A DNA stretch of 39,879 nucleotides, taken from positions 29,759,697 to 29,799,575 of the forward strand of contig NC_068996.1 in the NCBI RefSeq assembly GCF_001194135.2. Reading direction: 5' to 3'. Under the pieces are notes generated by a model, which was not told the DNA's origin, did not search any database, and worked only from the letters and a program-made list of their open reading frames with translations. Source of the stretch: Octopus bimaculoides (Eukaryota). A program made the position numbers and the translations under genes. Shown piece by piece: positions 24,192 to 35,460 of the stretch. Position 1 is the first letter of the stretch. Each line of letters starts with the position of its first letter.

Positions 24192-24805
24192 GCATTCCCT
24201 CGCTTTCGTTAAATATGTTGCTTATTTTTTGGTAGTTTTTTACTTTTTTAGTCCCTCTAAGCGTGAGGCATTACTATATAGTTAATGCCCTTATATAAAT
24301 TATTATATATATTTATGGAAAAAAACGATGAGTTTTTTTCCTTATGGGGTTTTTTCACGCTGACTACTTGATAAATTCTTATAAAGATTTTATCCTATAT
24401 TATATTATAAATAATTAGAATATATTCAGTGCTGAATATTATTCTGTATAAGCACGTGTTACTGAGATGCAACCGGATAAATTCTAACCTCTTTCACGGA
24501 TATATAATGATGAACAGAAGTCATCGTACTATGTTGGGTACATCGTGGTATGTTGATTTTTGTTTATTTTTTATGTGTTTCGACCATACATGTACTGATG
24601 AACAAAAGATGCAGCTTACTTCAAAGTTTTGCTGTATTAATTGAGAAACCAGTGGTTTGCCGTTAAGTTAAATGTTTTTAGGAGATTAATTTTTGAAAGC
24701 TGCATTTCCTCACTTTCGGTAAATATGTTGCTTATTTTTTTGGTAGTTTTTGACTTTTTTAGTCCCTCTAAGCGTGAGGCATTACTATATAGTTAATGCC
24801 CTTAT

Positions 24806-24825
<20 letters not shown>
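24192..24825. repeat. Near-identical ~115-bp direct repeats, 510-bp period
   Basis: gcatt.cctc.ctttcg.taaatatgttgc...agtccctctaagcgtgaggcattactatatagttaatgcccttatataaatta at 24192 and 24702. Confidence 0.9.
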
Positions 24826-24853
<28 letters not shown>

Positions 24854-24860
24854 TATATAA

Positions 24861-26228
24861 ATGTGATAGGGTAGTTAAGCTGAGACTAATCTTCGATAAA
24901 TCACAGTCAGAGCTGGCTAATGATCAGAAAGACAAATTTTATGAGGTCCTTTTGAAGACTACCTCAATAACAAATGACAGAGGCTTGGTTATTATGGCTA
25001 GTGACTTCAGTGGACAAGTTGAGCAGCATTCCCATGGATTCTATGGTGTGCATGGAGGTTACAATTTTGGATCTATGATTGAGAAGTGAACAAGGTTGCT
25101 GGAGTTCTGTGGTGTAAATGATCTGATGATCTGTAATACTAACTTCAAGAAACCAGTCAGCCACCTTATCACCTATCAGTCTGGTGGGTACATAAGCCAG
25201 ATTGATTGCATCCTCACCCTGCAGTTATATAGACAGATGCTTGAAAATGTAAAGTTTTTCCCAGGTGAAGAATGTACAACCCAACTAGTTAGTGACTTTA
25301 AAATTAGGGCTGGAAGGACTCAGATAAATAAACCAGTCTGGACAGGGAGGTTATGAAAGCTCAAAGACCCAGCTAACTGACAGAAATTTATAAATATTCT
25401 AATGGAAGCTTCTGGCAAGAGAGAGGTGAAGTTGGGGACATACAGCTTAGAGCAGTGCTTCTCAAACTATCTGATGTGGTATACTGGCAGGTTTTTTTTT
25501 CCAATGTGCCAGGAGCCGGTAATATTTCTTAGTAATATTAACTTATACCGGAAACAATATAAATAATGAAAATAATAAAAGTTGACAATTTCTTTTATGT
25601 TATATCTATTTTGTAAATAAATAATACAGTATTACATAAGCAGTTTATAATCTTAATCTTTACTAATGTGAAAAGTGAGCCTGCTTCTTTTTTGTTAGTT
25701 TATCTGCTATTGTTTCTTTTCTGGAAACTCGCTGCATACTAGCAGCTAATGGCTGGCAGATTGGCACCAGTCTGCAGACCACCACTTTGAGTAGCACTGG
25801 CTTAGAGGACAGTTGGAAGTTCTTGTGGGACAGTCTACTGAAGGCTACAGACTAAATCTGTGACTGGTGCAAAGTCCCAGCTACGCTAAGGGTGACATGG
25901 TGGTGGAACAAGGACGTAGACAACGCTATAAAAGCAAAGAGACTGGCCTGAAAAGACTGGAAAGATGGTGGAAGCAGAGAATTATATCAGGTGGTTAGAA
26001 AGGAAGCTTAGCAACAGGCTTATATAGCAAAAGGAAAAGCAGAGATTTGTTAATGTAATACAGAATGAGAATCAGATGCTTGAGGTGTTCAGAATTTCAA
26101 AGCAGTGTATCAGAGAGAATAAAGATGTTGTGGGTGAGAAATGTGTATGAATGGATAATGGTATGCTTGCACTTAGTGACTCAGAGAAGAACGATACATA
26201 GAAGTGCCACTATGAAAGGTTGCTAAGT
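24861..26228 (+). mobile_element. RTE-type LINE endonuclease and linker fragment, interrupted by a MITE
   Basis: DRVVKLRL, ASDFSGQV (GDFNGHV-like), LLEFC..NDLMICNTNFKK, SQIDCIL, PGEECTTQ, RVTWWWNKDVDNAIKAK, HYERLL. Confidence 0.88.
25453..25799. mobile_element. Non-autonomous hAT (Charlie-like) MITE, 347 bp
   Basis: 14-bp TIRs CAGTGCTTCTCAAA / TTTGAGTAGCACTG (1 mismatch); perfect 8-bp TSD GCTTAGAG (25445-25452, 25800-25807); the host LINE resumes after it. Confidence 0.93.
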
Positions 26229-26450
26229 GTGGTCTCAAAAACGAGACAGAATTGCCTTGGAAATATTTTATCTGTACGTAAGAAATTCCTCTCTTCTCTC
26301 TTTTTTAAGCAACTTTGTATAATATTGAATTTAACTTCATTTGTGTCTCAAGTTATGCCATGCTGAAGTTTTCAAAGGAGGATGCAATGGTAAAAAACTT
26401 TAAAAACTTTATTTTATGTAAGTGGAAAAGAATTAAAAATGCACAATATT
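26226..26450 (+). mobile_element. Possible Tc1/mariner 5' end and transposase N-terminus remnant
   Basis: gtgtggtctcaaaaacgagac is TIR-like; MLKFSKEDAMVKNF resembles recalled Tc1-family N-termini. Confidence 0.3.
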
Positions 26451-26459
26451 CAACTTAAT

Positions 26460-27470
26460 GATTATCTCTCTTTAACAGTACATTCACCAGAAGCAAATTA
26501 CATGTATAAATACATAGATATTTTTTCCTCATCTCCCCTGAGATTCTTCTGCTAGACTCCTGCTGGCTTGTAGTTTTTGCTTTCCTTTTCTGGACCAACA
26601 AATTATAGTCTTCATTGAGCTTTTCAGGTTGACTCCAAATTTCCTTTTTGATAGTTTCCAGCAGCTGTTTCACATCAAAGGTCTTGATGTATTGATTCTT
26701 CATTGAGATATGCAGAGCCTTTTTCTCTCTGATTCCACTGATCACAATCTTTGCCCATAGCAAGCAATGTTCACTGCCAGTGTTGAAAGGTGCTACTTCT
26801 GAAACATCCTGCAATATGCACTATTTATCAACCAGCATGTCATCCATTTCATTTTTGTATTGAGCATTAGAGGCTATCCAGGTCAGTTTCCTTCCAGATT
26901 GCTTCCTGTATAGGCTGTTCCCAATATAAAGCTTTCTTGTTTCTGCCATGGTAAGCAAATATTATCCTTTTTTGTTTCTTTTTCACCAACATATTTCTCT
27001 ACCTGTTATCCTTTTCTACCATTTGCTTTGAAATCTCCCATCAGCATGGTGTAAGTCAATTTGTGTGCAAGTGCTTCCTCTTGCTCTTTGCAGAATTCTT
27101 CCACTTCATTGTCTTTGCTTGTATTTGTGGGAGAATAGGTCCAGATGATCCTCAGGGTGACATTTCTTGAGCGACAAATGTTTAGCATTCCAATGCATGA
27201 TGAATGTAATTGATAAGAAACAATTTTCAAAGCCTGTTTATTTTTTCTTTACAAATGGTAAATCCTATACCACCTGATGCTCTGGTGCCTTCTGCTTTTC
27301 CCAGTCTTACAACACTTCTATCTGCTTATCTCACATTTATTTATTTCCTTTGATGTGTTCCACAGAGCCCTAGCACATTGCATTTAAGTTTCTTTTTCTT
27401 TTCCAATACTGGCTTTGCTTTCAGAGGCAATATTGAGTTGCTCTGACTCTTATTTCTAGCAATACTGGTG
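26460..27470 (-). mobile_element. RTE-1-like LINE endonuclease fragment
   Basis: CNVLGLCGT, IIWTYSPT...EVEEFCKEQEEAL...MLMGDFKA, QDVSEVAPFNTGSEHCLLWAKI. Confidence 0.8.
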
Positions 27471-27498
27471 CTGATTAGTGCCCTATGTCACTTTAGTG

Positions 27499-27531
<33 letters not shown>

Positions 27532-27690
27532 TCTGGGGTTTGAAAATTGTTTCTTAAGGACTTCATAACATTTGTCTTTTTGATTATCAACCAACCCAGA
27601 TTGTGGAACATAGGCAGAGATAAACGAACTGTTGATTTATCAAAGATTAGTCTCAGCTTAACAACCGTATCACATTTATATATATATATA

Positions 27691-27979
27691 TCATCATCAT
27701 CATCATCATCATCGTTTAACGTCCGCTTTCCATGCTAGCATGGGTTGGACGATTTGACTGAGGACTGGTGAAACCGGATGGCAACACCAGGCTCCAATCT
27801 AATTTGGCAGAGTTTCTACAGCTGGATGCCCTTCCTAACGCCAACCACTCAGAGAGTGTAGTGGGTGCTTTTACGTGTCACCCGCACGAAAACGGCCACA
27901 CTCGAAATGGTGTATTTTATGTGCCACCCGCACAAGCCAGTCCAGGGGCACTGGCAACGATCTCGCTCGAAAATCCTAC
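27691..27979 (-). mobile_element. Young RTE 3' UTR and tail, same family as 13823-14023
   Basis: Near-identical to 13823-14023; differs visibly only around ccagactgattt vs ccaatctaattt. Confidence 0.92.
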
Positions 27980-28240
27980 NNNNNNNNNNNNNNNNNNNNN
28001 NNNNNNNNNNNNNNNNNNNNNNNNNNNNNNNNNNNNNNNNNNNNNNNNNNNNNNNNNNNNNNNNNNNNNNNNNNNNNNNNNNNNNNNNNNNNNNNNNNNN
28101 NNNNNNNNNNNNNNNNNNNNNNNNNNNNNNNNNNNNNNNNNNNNNNNNNNNNNNNNNNNNNNNNNNNNNNNNNNNNNNNNNNNNNNNNNNNNNNNNNNNN
28201 NNNNNNNNNNNNNNNNNNNNNNNNNNNNNNNNNNNNNNNN

Positions 28241-28279
<39 letters not shown>

Positions 28280-28659
28280 TACCAACACACACCCTCCCAG
28301 TGTTACTCCAGCTGCACCCAGATACCTAGGCACTACCAGTTTCCTGTCCAGCCATGCAGTCAACCAATCTTGCTCTAACACTATGACATGAGCAACCAAT
28401 TTTACTCTGACAGCACCACATGACCTGCCTTGACCAATAGCAGCTTATTTTCCGGTAATCATCTTGGACTTCCTGTGTTTTTCCATTCAGTAATCTAATT
28501 CTGAAAGAGACAGGTTTCTGTTAGAGGCCCACAAAACTTTAAGTCACATGGAGTTGAATCAAACTATTTTAAATAATACTTGTAACTCCTACTAAATATG
28601 CTGCGTGCCTTTTTCTTTCGTTTGTTCACTGACTCATATATATATATATATATATGAAA

Positions 28660-28900
28660 GTGGAATGCAAGGCACGCTCATGCAGGCCATCCACAAGCCA
28701 AAATGAGGAGCCAACTGAGATGGTTCTGTGAATAGACACAGCATCAGTGCATTTAATTTTAACAGAGAATTTGTCTCGAAGACAAAGCAGCAGAAGCAAC
28801 TCCAAATGGAAATTGCTCATGACATGCTAGATTGTGCAAACCGCAACCCAAACTTCATGAAGACCATCATCACTGGTGATGAAACATGGGTTTATAGTCT
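28660..28900 (+). mobile_element. Mariner transposase remnant
   Basis: (G)RPSTS motif and PNFMKTIITGDETWVY, the first catalytic Asp motif of mariners. Confidence 0.75.
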
Positions 28901-29864
28901 CTGATTGATGTATTTGGTCATCTTGCATGAAAATAAAAATCTGATGAGCATGCACTGCATATCTGTACTCTAGGTATAACAGCTGGGGATTAACATAGCT
29001 TACTGGCACAAAACTTTTTATGCATGCACTGAGAGGATGGCATCACCTCCCACCCAGAGGATTTTGCCCAGTGCTTCAAAAAATTTTCATTTTCATTTAT
29101 TTATTTTTCATTTATTAAGTGACTGTTAATTTAAATCTGTGAGTCATTATAGTGTGCATATGAGTATTTATATGAATTTGTGTAAATTTGTCATTTTGTA
29201 GTTTTCTTTTCACATAAATTCCAGTATTTTGCCCTATTTTTACCTCTATGGTATATTTGTTTTATATGCATTTTATTTAAATTAAAAATTCAGTATTGGA
29301 CACATTTCTTCTATATGAAAATTTTGTCATATAACCAACCGAACCAATTGCGATATTTACACACAATCTAAATAAATTTGCATTCTACTTGAATTTACAT
29401 GTAATTAGATTTGCTTTGAGAGAAAAATTATGTAATAGATTTACTCAAGAATTTTTTGTTGTATTCCAAAATCCACATTAATATGCCAATAAAAAGTTAT
29501 AGTTGTATAAAACCAGTCTAAATTTATTACTAATTAGAAATAACAATGAAGGTTAATGGTATTGGTAGATACAGAACATGAAATTGATAAACATGCTTAA
29601 TGGGAGACAAAAATTTTTGATGTAGCTTATGGAATACAGTTCAGTTGTGAAGCTTGAAGAAGGAAGAGGAGGTAGAGGTTGAATAATGTATGAGGCAAGG
29701 ATTCTAAGGGGTTACAGTTCCAAGGAGAAAAAGACTGAGGAAAATATTCAATCTCAGAAGAAAGCACAGAAAAGATGACAAAAGGAGGAATAATGAATAG
29801 GTAGAATGATTCTGGAGAGAGAGGGTATGCAGTTAGCATGTGCCAGGTGATTGAGCTAAGATAT

Positions 29865-31029
29865 ACTAGCTAATGAAAAATGCAGACTCATAGTAACAAT
29901 ATTCTTCACAATTAAACCTGGAAAAGTAAAGGACAAAAAAAAAAAGAAAAACTCATTAAAATTAGAGCTTAAAATATTGCTACTAAAATTAGAATTTCAA
30001 ATTAATTACCTAAGAGGTATTTTTATCTTAAACCTTAGATTACTTAATAAAAAACATATTCTTTTATAGATTGATAGGAAAATTTCACATAAACATCTAC
30101 ATCAAATGAATTTGGAAAAATTGCAAATAGTTTTTATCTTAGATGATCAAATTAAAAAGATACAAAAAATAAACTTTTGGCATTATTAATGTTACTAAAT
30201 AATACAAATAATATAAAATATTAATTCAAATACACTTGCACTTACATGTAAATTTTCTAATAAAAAGAATCAAGAATTTATAAATATATAATAAACAAAA
30301 TTATAAAATTGTAAAAAATTTAAAGTAAACTCAATTGACAATAGAAAATTTTTTTAAATAAAAAATATATTTAACAATACACTGTAAAATTCAATTTCAA
30401 ATGCTGAAATGATAATAATTAATTTTTTTTTAATTTTAATTAAAAAAACCGAAATACATGTGAGTGTGGGTGTATGATCTATTTTTGGCATGCTAAATTA
30501 TTTTTTTCATATCATGGTTGAATAATACAAGAATATATAAATTTGAAATACTTGACACGGTTATTGTAATTTTGCCAATTCAATAAATATCATTTTTTAA
30601 ATAATCAATAAAATGTGCATTAAAAAAATAAATAGTCTTCTTGTGCAATGAATGATTATTAGCAGGAAATCAGGACAGAAAAAAGTTTAGCATGCCAAAA
30701 AATAGACCATACACCTGCACTCATGTATTTCCCATACAATCTACAAAAAATATATGTTTTTTATTAAGTAAGTAATCTAAGGTTTAAGATAAAAATACCT
30801 CTTAGGTACTTTTTTATTTTTTATTTTAAATTCATTTAATTTCACTTTTCCTTTTTTATTTTTATTTTATTTTTTGTACTAAATGAATTAATAAAAAAAA
30901 TCTTAAATTTTAATTTTAGAAGCAATATTTTAAGCTCTAATTTTAATGAGTTTTTTCTTGTCCTCTACTTTTCCAGGTTTAATTGTTAAAAATATTGTTG
31001 CTATGTATCTGCATTTTTCATTGGCTAGT
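29865..31029. repeat. ~1.16-kb AT-rich fold-back element
   Basis: 29865-~30080 and ~30450-30510 are reverse complements of ~30730-31029 and ~30675-30731; ends actagctaatgaaaaatgcaga / tctgcatttttcattggctagt. Confidence 0.85.
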
Positions 31030-31260
31030 CCAGTGTTTTTACAGTGTTTTTACAGGCATTGCAGTAATAGTAAAATTTTAATTAAGAATATATAAAATAT
31101 CATTTTTTGCAGTCATTTTGAATTCAAAAATTTCCAAGAAAATTCTAACAAAATTTTGATTTTTTTCATTCTACTAAATCTCATTTAGAAATTAAATTGA
31201 AAATGAATGATAATCATTGCAACTTTGCCTTTTCTGGACATAATGTACATACTGTAATTT

Positions 31261-31792
31261 CAGTACTGTACAGAGACGTTACAAATGAACATATTTAAAG
31301 AATTTTTAAAATAATAAAAAAAACAAAATGAGGATACAAATTTAATAAAATGACTTTATTTTAAATAAATCAAATTAAATTAATATTGACTAGAATATAA
31401 TTACAAGTAGCATTTGCTTTTTCTGAACAGCCTTACTACAGACTTCAGTACTGCTCAGAGACAAAGCTACAAATAATCATATATTCTATTTACTATAAGT
31501 TCATGTATGAGTAGTGTCCCTTTAATATCATGCAAAAATTGATAAAAATTTGAGAATGAAAATTAAATATCTCTTTTTCTAATGGATAAAATTTTACGAA
31601 ACCTTTACCAATATATTCCTTTAACATTTCTCTTTCATATTAATATAATTTCGGTACTGTACAGAGACAAAGTTACAAATGAATATATTTAAAGAATTTT
31701 TTTAATTCTTTAAATATATGAAAAAAAATGAGGATACAAATTTAATAAAATGACTTTATTTTAAATAAATTAAATAAAATTAATATTGAATC
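31261..31792. repeat. ~135-bp direct repeats at 31261 and 31651, with a partial copy at ~31447
   Basis: c.gtactgtacagagac...aaatgaggatacaaatttaataaaatgactttattttaaataaat...taatattga occurs twice. Confidence 0.85.
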
Positions 31793-32544
31793 ATATTATA
31801 ATTTTGCTTGTTCCTTCCTTAGTTCATNNNNNNNNNNNNNNNNNNNNNNNNNNNNNNNNNNNNNNNNNNNNNNNNNNNNNNNNNNNNNNNNNNNNNNNNN
31901 NNNNNNNNNNNNNNNNNNNNNNNNNNNNNNNNNNNNNNNNNNNNNNNNNNNNNNNNNNNNNNNNNNNNNNNNNNNNNNNNNNNNNNNNNNNNNNNNNNNN
32001 NNNNNNNNNNNNNNNNNNNNNNNNNNNNNNNNNNNNNNNNNNNNNNNNNNNNNNNNNNNNNNNNNNNNNNNNNNNNNNNNNNNNNNNNNNNNNNNNNNNN
32101 NNNNNNNNNNNNNNNNNNNNNNNNNNNNNNNNNNNNNNNNNNNNNNNNNNNNNNNNNNNNNNNNNNNNNNNNNNNNNNNNNNNNNNNNNNNNNNNNNNNN
32201 NNNNNNNNNNNNNNNNNNNNNNNNNNNNNNNNNNNNNNNNNNNNNNNNNNNNNNNNNNNNNNNNNNNNNNNNNNNNNNNNNNNNNNNNNNNNNNNNNNNN
32301 NNNNNNNNNNNNNNNNNNNNNNNNNNNNNNNNNNNNNNNNNNNNNNNNNNNNNNNNNNNNNNNNNNNNNNNNNNNNNNNNNNNNNTATATCTAATGAAAC
32401 AAATTTTGAAATTGAAATCAAATGTTATTCAAATGTAATCTGCTTTGGACAAATATATCTATCTAATAAAAAAAAAAAATAAAACAAATTTTGAAATTGA
32501 AATAAGATGTTACGCAAAATGAGGAAGTTTTTTTTTTCTCACAG

Positions 32545-33225
32545 GTGTGCAGTGGATGATATCTTCAACAATACACCTGAGGAAGAGAGAAGAAGCAGAG
32601 TAATTCTTTCGCCAAAGAACTCAGACCGTTTCCTGACCAATGAAGAAGTTTTGAGACAACTTCCAGGTGACTGCTGCACCTATTATAGTAAAGATAAGGT
32701 TTTGATAGATGATCCTGCTGAGGCTGAGCACTATCCACTTGAATTTCTAAACCTTTTGACACCGTCAGGAATGCCTCCTCATAAATTGAGTTTAAAACCC
32801 GGCTCAATAGTAATGCTTCTTCGTAACATTTCTATCCAAAATGGACATTGCAATGGTAGAAGACTAGAAGTTGTGGCCATGCATCAACAATCAATCGAGG
32901 CTTCCTTGATTAGCAGCTCACTAATTGGCAGATGTGTCCCCATCCCCAAGTGACCCTAACTTGCTATTCACCTTGGAGAGAACACTGTTTCCTGTCCGTT
33001 TGTCATATGCCATGACTATTAACAAGTCACAGGGGCAGACATTTGAGAATGTGAGATTGTTCTTACCTCAGCCAATGTTCACTCATGGGCAGTTGTATAT
33101 GGCATACTCTAGAGCTCGCAAACGCAGATGTAGGGGTTAAGGTGATGGAGACAGACAGACAAGAGAGGAGGGCAAACTGTTACTAAGAACATTGTCTGCC
33201 GAGAGTGAAGTGTTTTCAGAAATTC
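32545..33225 (+). pseudogene. Helitron PIF1-like helicase C-terminal fragment (family 1)
   Basis: VILSPKN, PLEFLNLLTPSGMPPHKL.LKPGSIVMLLRN...CNG, FPVRLSYAMTINKSQGQT, FTHGQLYMAYSRA; one frameshift near 32950. Confidence 0.9.
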
Positions 33226-33884
33226 TGGAGACCCTTGATCGCATTAGGTGTGTGTCATTGGTTTATATGTATACACACACACACACACACACATACACAC
33301 ATATATGTAAATTAAAAGAATATCTTTCAAAAGAGGAAACTATTTATATGTGGCATGTATTATATAGTTTTGTACATATTTAGGTCTATTGTTTTCTGTA
33401 TTCATATCGGAGGAAACTGGCATGGCTCTATGTTGGGAGGGGGAAGTACCACAGACTGATTGGCATTGGCAATCTTTGCACACATGGTGGACATTCCCAA
33501 GTATCTCTGTGTGTTGTTTATTTTCCCAGCCTACAAGTATTGTATGTTAAAAAGGATAGAATTAATAGCTAAACTTTATGTATTTGTAAATAGAACTGTA
33601 CAAATATATGCAATTTTAGTGTTTGCTGCCTAAGTATCTCATTCTATTATATATGTAGAGATTTTAATTACTCCTTTCTTCAATGCATTATTTTTATACA
33701 TACATATTTATAGAAAAAGTTTATTATTTACTCAACATTCTGTTAATCGGTTTGTGGAAATTCCATGGCTCCCTCTAGTCAATAATATTAATACACTAAC
33801 TTTTTGTTTTTGTACGTACCTGATGTGTGTGTGTCACACTTACTTCAAAGAAGTATCAGAGTGAGAGAGAGGAGGATAGAGGAA

Positions 33885-34018
<134 letters not shown>

Positions 34019-34399
34019 GTGAAAGAGACAGTGAGTGGTGACAACATCTGTTTTGTGTTTTTAAATGTTTATCACATCGCAAGAGAAGTAGATACATAGA
34101 TAACTATACACATTTTAAAATCAAAAGCGGGAGAGAAGAGGGACTCAAAGGAAGTGAAAGAGAAAGATACAAAGTGAGAGAGACAGTAGATAAATCCAAA
34201 GAAAAGTTCTTACACAGGTACATAGACACAGCAAATATTGGCTGTCAATTTCACTTTTCATCACCACATGAGGATAAAATTAACTCACAAATGGCTTGAG
34301 TACTCTACAGACATGCATAACATTAATGTAGTTCTCAGGGAGATTCAGCCTCACACAGAATATGATAAGGCTGGCCCCTTTGAATTACAGCTACAACTT

Positions 34400-34658
34400 G
34401 AGACATATATATATGAATGTATTTGTGTATGTATAGTTTAAATTTGCTAAAACATGTTTGCAATAATAAGTGTCGCGTGGTGAAAATAAACGCAATTACC
34501 AAACTTGCATTCATAAATCCATTTATTATTTCATTCTTTTGCATCTCAATTTGTACATTTTTACTCCTGATTATGTACCAGCACATATGTAAAACAACGT
34601 CCTTTATTTTTTAATCATTGACTGATATTATAGGAGGAACAGAGAGGGTTTGAGAGAG

Positions 34659-34693
<35 letters not shown>

Positions 34694-34963
34694 TGAGTGG
34701 TGATTCAAAGGAAGGTGGTGTTTGTTTTGTGTTTTCAACCACAAATATTGGATACTGTATCCTAAACAATACATTCATATATGTTTTTTCAATTGAAACA
34801 CTGAATGATTTTGGACATTTATTGTTTTAACAGCAAGAGAAAAACCGAGGAAGAGATTGAAGACACAACTAAAACAATTCCAGTCAGTGGCAAAGCAACT
34901 GGTAGGAAGAGAAAGAGAGGAAAATGAAAACTTTGTTGTGAACTAACACCTACTGTCTGTCTG

Positions 34964-34999
<36 letters not shown>

Positions 35000-35440
35000 G
35001 GTATGTGTTTGTGTATGTGTGTATATGATTGTGCATGTTGCCATTTTGAATTCCTTTCTGCCACTGACCTTAAACTGCTATTAAAGGCCCGACTACACAA
35101 CATACACACACACACACACACATTTGTTTTAACCCATTTCAACTGCAACCATACACCAGATAATGTCGTGTTTTGCTCCAAAATTTTAATTCTGAATTTG
35201 TTTTCATTATAAAATTACACCTCAGCTAAAAAACATCTTTTGGCTTCAGAATACAACGTTGTCTTTTTCTTTCTATAATTTTTAAGTTAGAATTTCTGGC
35301 TCATTTGTTGATGTGTGTAAGTAAACAAAAACTAAAGGAAACACAGACATATATATATGAATGTATTTGTGTGTGTGTATAGTTTAGGTTAGTTAAAACG
35401 TTTGCAATAAGTGTCGCATGGTGGAAATAAACATTGTCTA
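34400..35440. repeat. ~110-bp direct repeat at ~34400-34510 and ~35345-35440
   Basis: agacatatatatatgaatgtatttgtgt..gtatagttta...tttgcaataa..gtgtcgc.tggtg.aaataaac occurs twice; the second copy abuts the Helitron ORF remnant. Confidence 0.75.
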
Positions 35441-35460
35441 ATACATTTGTATATGTTAAT

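Noticed and set aside
24595-24650. Hammerhead ribozyme core (CTGATGA...GAAA)
   Set aside because: GAAA does not directly follow a stem II, and stems I and III cannot be formed by eye. The same applies to CTGATGA at ~332, ~15778 and ~28941.
11731-26228. RT fragment (11731-13580) and endonuclease fragment (24861-26228) as one split element
   Set aside because: The order is reversed (RT upstream of endonuclease on the same strand) and they are 11 kb apart; separate copies are more likely.
28270-28500. GC-richer stretch after the gap as a coding or LINE fragment
   Set aside because: No recognisable motif in any frame.
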